Below, in pieces: positions 61,624-64,000 of a DNA stretch of 64,000 nt. This DNA comes from Blasia pusilla (Eukaryota). Numbering within the stretch: position 1 is the stretch's first letter; the number at the start of each line of letters is the position of its first letter. Location: contig CM114271.1 of assembly GCA_050084515.1 (NCBI GenBank), forward strand, positions 31,868,001-31,932,000. Reading direction: 5' to 3'. A model generated the notes under the pieces. That model saw nothing but the letters and a program-made list of their open reading frames with translations. It was not told the DNA's origin and ran no database searches. The translations under genes and the position numbers were made by a program.

Positions 61624-64000
61624 GTCAGGCCATGGACGTGAATTGTTTGACCTGGATTTTGAGTCTTGGTATGGACGAGCAGCGTCGTCTTCGGACTATG
61701 TCTGTGGGTCTTCCACCCCTTGTAATGAGCTTGATGGCTACCGGGATGGTAGAGGCACCAGCTGGGGGCGAGAAGAGTAGTATTTTGCATTCTTGGAGTA
61801 AATGGGATGTAATGGTTGGGCATGTGGAGTTGGTTGCTCATGCTGGTGGAGGAGTTATTTGCTCAAATGATGGTGTAGCTAAGGGTGTACCATCTTGTGA
61901 GGGGGTTGCGTAGCAGCCAATGGCATCGTCCTCTCCCTCTAGTGTGCCAGTGGAGGAGACTTGGGAGCCATTACTTGGGCCCAAGCTTACGGGAGGTGAG
62001 AAACGACGCTTGACACAGTTCCTACGTGCTTATAAGAGTTGTTTTGCCTTTAGCATGAAGGAGTTGGATGGTCTGGTTGGACCCGGTATACGGATTGATT
62101 TGGCTAGTGATACGCCAATCTTTCGTCGTCCCTACCGATATAGTGATATGGAGAGGACCTGATTGAGTAGGGCGTTGGACCTTTTGGAGGCTGGATTAGT
62201 GGAATTGTCGCATGGAGAGTATGCATCATCCCCTTTGTCATGCTGCTAAAAAGGATATGCATGGCAACTAGCACTACGGATAGGCGGATGTGTGGAGATT
62301 ACCGTCCTATCAATCGGCAAACCAAGGCCGATAGGTATGCCATGCCTACACCTGAGGAGATCTTTGATGTGGTGGGACATGCAAAGATTTTCAGTACTTT
62401 GGATCTTCGGGCAGGATACATTGGGGAGAGTGACAAGGCCAAGACAACATTTTGGGGTGTCAACTCTCATGGCAAGGATTGTTTGTACCAGTGGAAATTC
62501 TTACCCTTTGGGTTGAAGAATGCACGTGCCGAGTTTCACACAGTGATGGACAAGATCCTAGCAGGGTTGGATTTTGTTCGGTGTTACATTGATGATATCT
62601 TGGTATCAATAACACGGTGGAGGAGCATCAGATACATTTGTAGATGGTGTTTGAGCGGTTGAAAGCTCATGGTCTATGTTTGCATCCAGGAAAGTGTAAG
62701 TTCTTCCATGAGGATGTTGAGTACTTGGGTCATGTGATCTATCCAGGTGGTTTGGGAGTTCAGCAAGCAAAGGTGGAGGCTATTGCACTTATTCCGCGTC
62801 CGGTAGATGTGAGTAGAGTTCGAGCATTCATGGGATTGGCGAACTACTATCGGAGGTATGTGAAGAGATTTAGTGCTATGGCAAAGCCTTTGAACCAATT
62901 GCTGAAATTAGATCAAGAGTGGCATTGGGGAGATGATCAGGAGAGAGCTTTTGTGGAGCTTAAGGCCCAGTTGGTGGCGACGCCTAACTTGAGGAGACCT
63001 ATCAGAGGGCGCCCATTTCAGTTACACAGTGATTGGAGTAGGTTGGGACTTGGAGCGGTGTTGACACAACATGATGATGAGCACATGGAGTTTGTGGTGG
63101 CCTATGCAAGTCGTTCGAATAATGCAGCGGAGTCGCGCTATAGTTCATATGCGGGAGAGTGCTTGGCAGTAGTGTGGGTGGTGGCACACTTTAGGTGTTA
63201 CTTGTTTGGCATACAGTTTACACTTGTTAGTGATCACCAACTGCTCAAGTGGTTGATGGAGACTGACAAGCTTACAAGGAAGCTTGCACGGTGGGCTCTT
63301 ATCTTATAGGAGTATGACTTCCAAGTGGTACATAGACCTGGAGTTGCCAACCTTGATGCTGATGGGTTGAGTAGGAACCCATGTACTAGCCAAGAGGATA
63401 CAATTGGGGCTAGATGGCATGGCGAGGTTGATGAGGAGATGGTGCCAGGTTGGCATGCACCCGCCTTTTTATGTTGGTTGGGGGTGGACTCTAGTATGGA
63501 CGACCACATGATATCTTACTCTAGTCAGAGGGTAGATGGCCAGCGTTCAGATCCTAAGGTTGGAGATGGCGGTACGGATCAGCGTGATATTCATGATGAT
63601 GTGTTGGTTTTGGAGTTCCTACGGACCAGTAGGATGCCAGGCATAGTGAGTGCCAAGGAGCGAGACCGTGTTCTTCAACGTGCTAAGAGGTATCGATTGG
63701 AGGGAACACATATTCTCCGTGTGTGGGAGGATGGTAGAGTACGAGTAGTGCCGCATTTGGCTCAAAGAGAGCGCATTGTGCAACATGCCCATGAGGAGTT
63801 GGGACATTTTGGGGTAAAGCGTACGTATAGCTTACTCCTTGGTCAATATTGGTGGCGTGGCATTCAACTCAGGTGCAGCAGTTGGTATCATGTTGTATGG
63901 TTTGTGACCGAGTGAGGGCATCATTCAATGCCCCTACACCACAGTTACACCCCTTGCCTATTATGGGGTTGGATTACCGTTGGAGTGTGGACTTTGCGGG

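Larger units (their letters stand above)
56872..64000 (+). mobile_element. Ty3/gypsy element (different subfamily) with gag, protease, DNMT3-like MTase, RT, RNase H and integrase start; runs off the right edge
   Basis: Starts TGTCATGAC inside the previous element's integrase. Candidate LTR 56872-57218 (TGTCAT...ATGACA). Gag 57801-59220 with two CCHC-like knuckles. 604-aa ORF 59809-61623 (LLDSGAQP + MTase). RT YIDD ~62585. RNase H 63015-63330. Integrase HAHEELGHFG...CMVC from ~63784. Confidence 0.92.

Overview
Eukaryotic land-plant DNA, probably a seed-free lineage (inferred; the species cannot be determined). Two intron-containing host genes lie on the minus strand: a secreted class C GH9 endoglucanase with a C-terminal CBM49 (6886-11429) and a peroxisomal copper amine oxidase ending in SKL (39653-45735). 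The rest is mostly nested, decayed transposons: two Ty1/copia relics of one family, hAT-type MITEs, an RTEX-like LINE (one near-full copy and one 400-bp 3' fragment) and several Ty3/gypsy elements. The gypsy family has two unusual properties. (1) Its polyprotein carries a DNMT3-like C5 cytosine methyltransferase domain between the protease and the reverse transcriptase; this is seen in two copies and as a motif I stub in a third. (2) The one TSD-bounded copy (23431-36704, TSD TAGC) has split direct repeats (A1-internal-B1-NN-A2-B2) in place of two matching LTRs, yet encodes a DDE integrase. The same 3' architecture recurs in a divergent subfamily copy (13877-14643), and a solo A-B unit with its own 4-bp TSD is present. 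No copy in the window is intact. All calls are from reading the sequence by eye; no searches were run.
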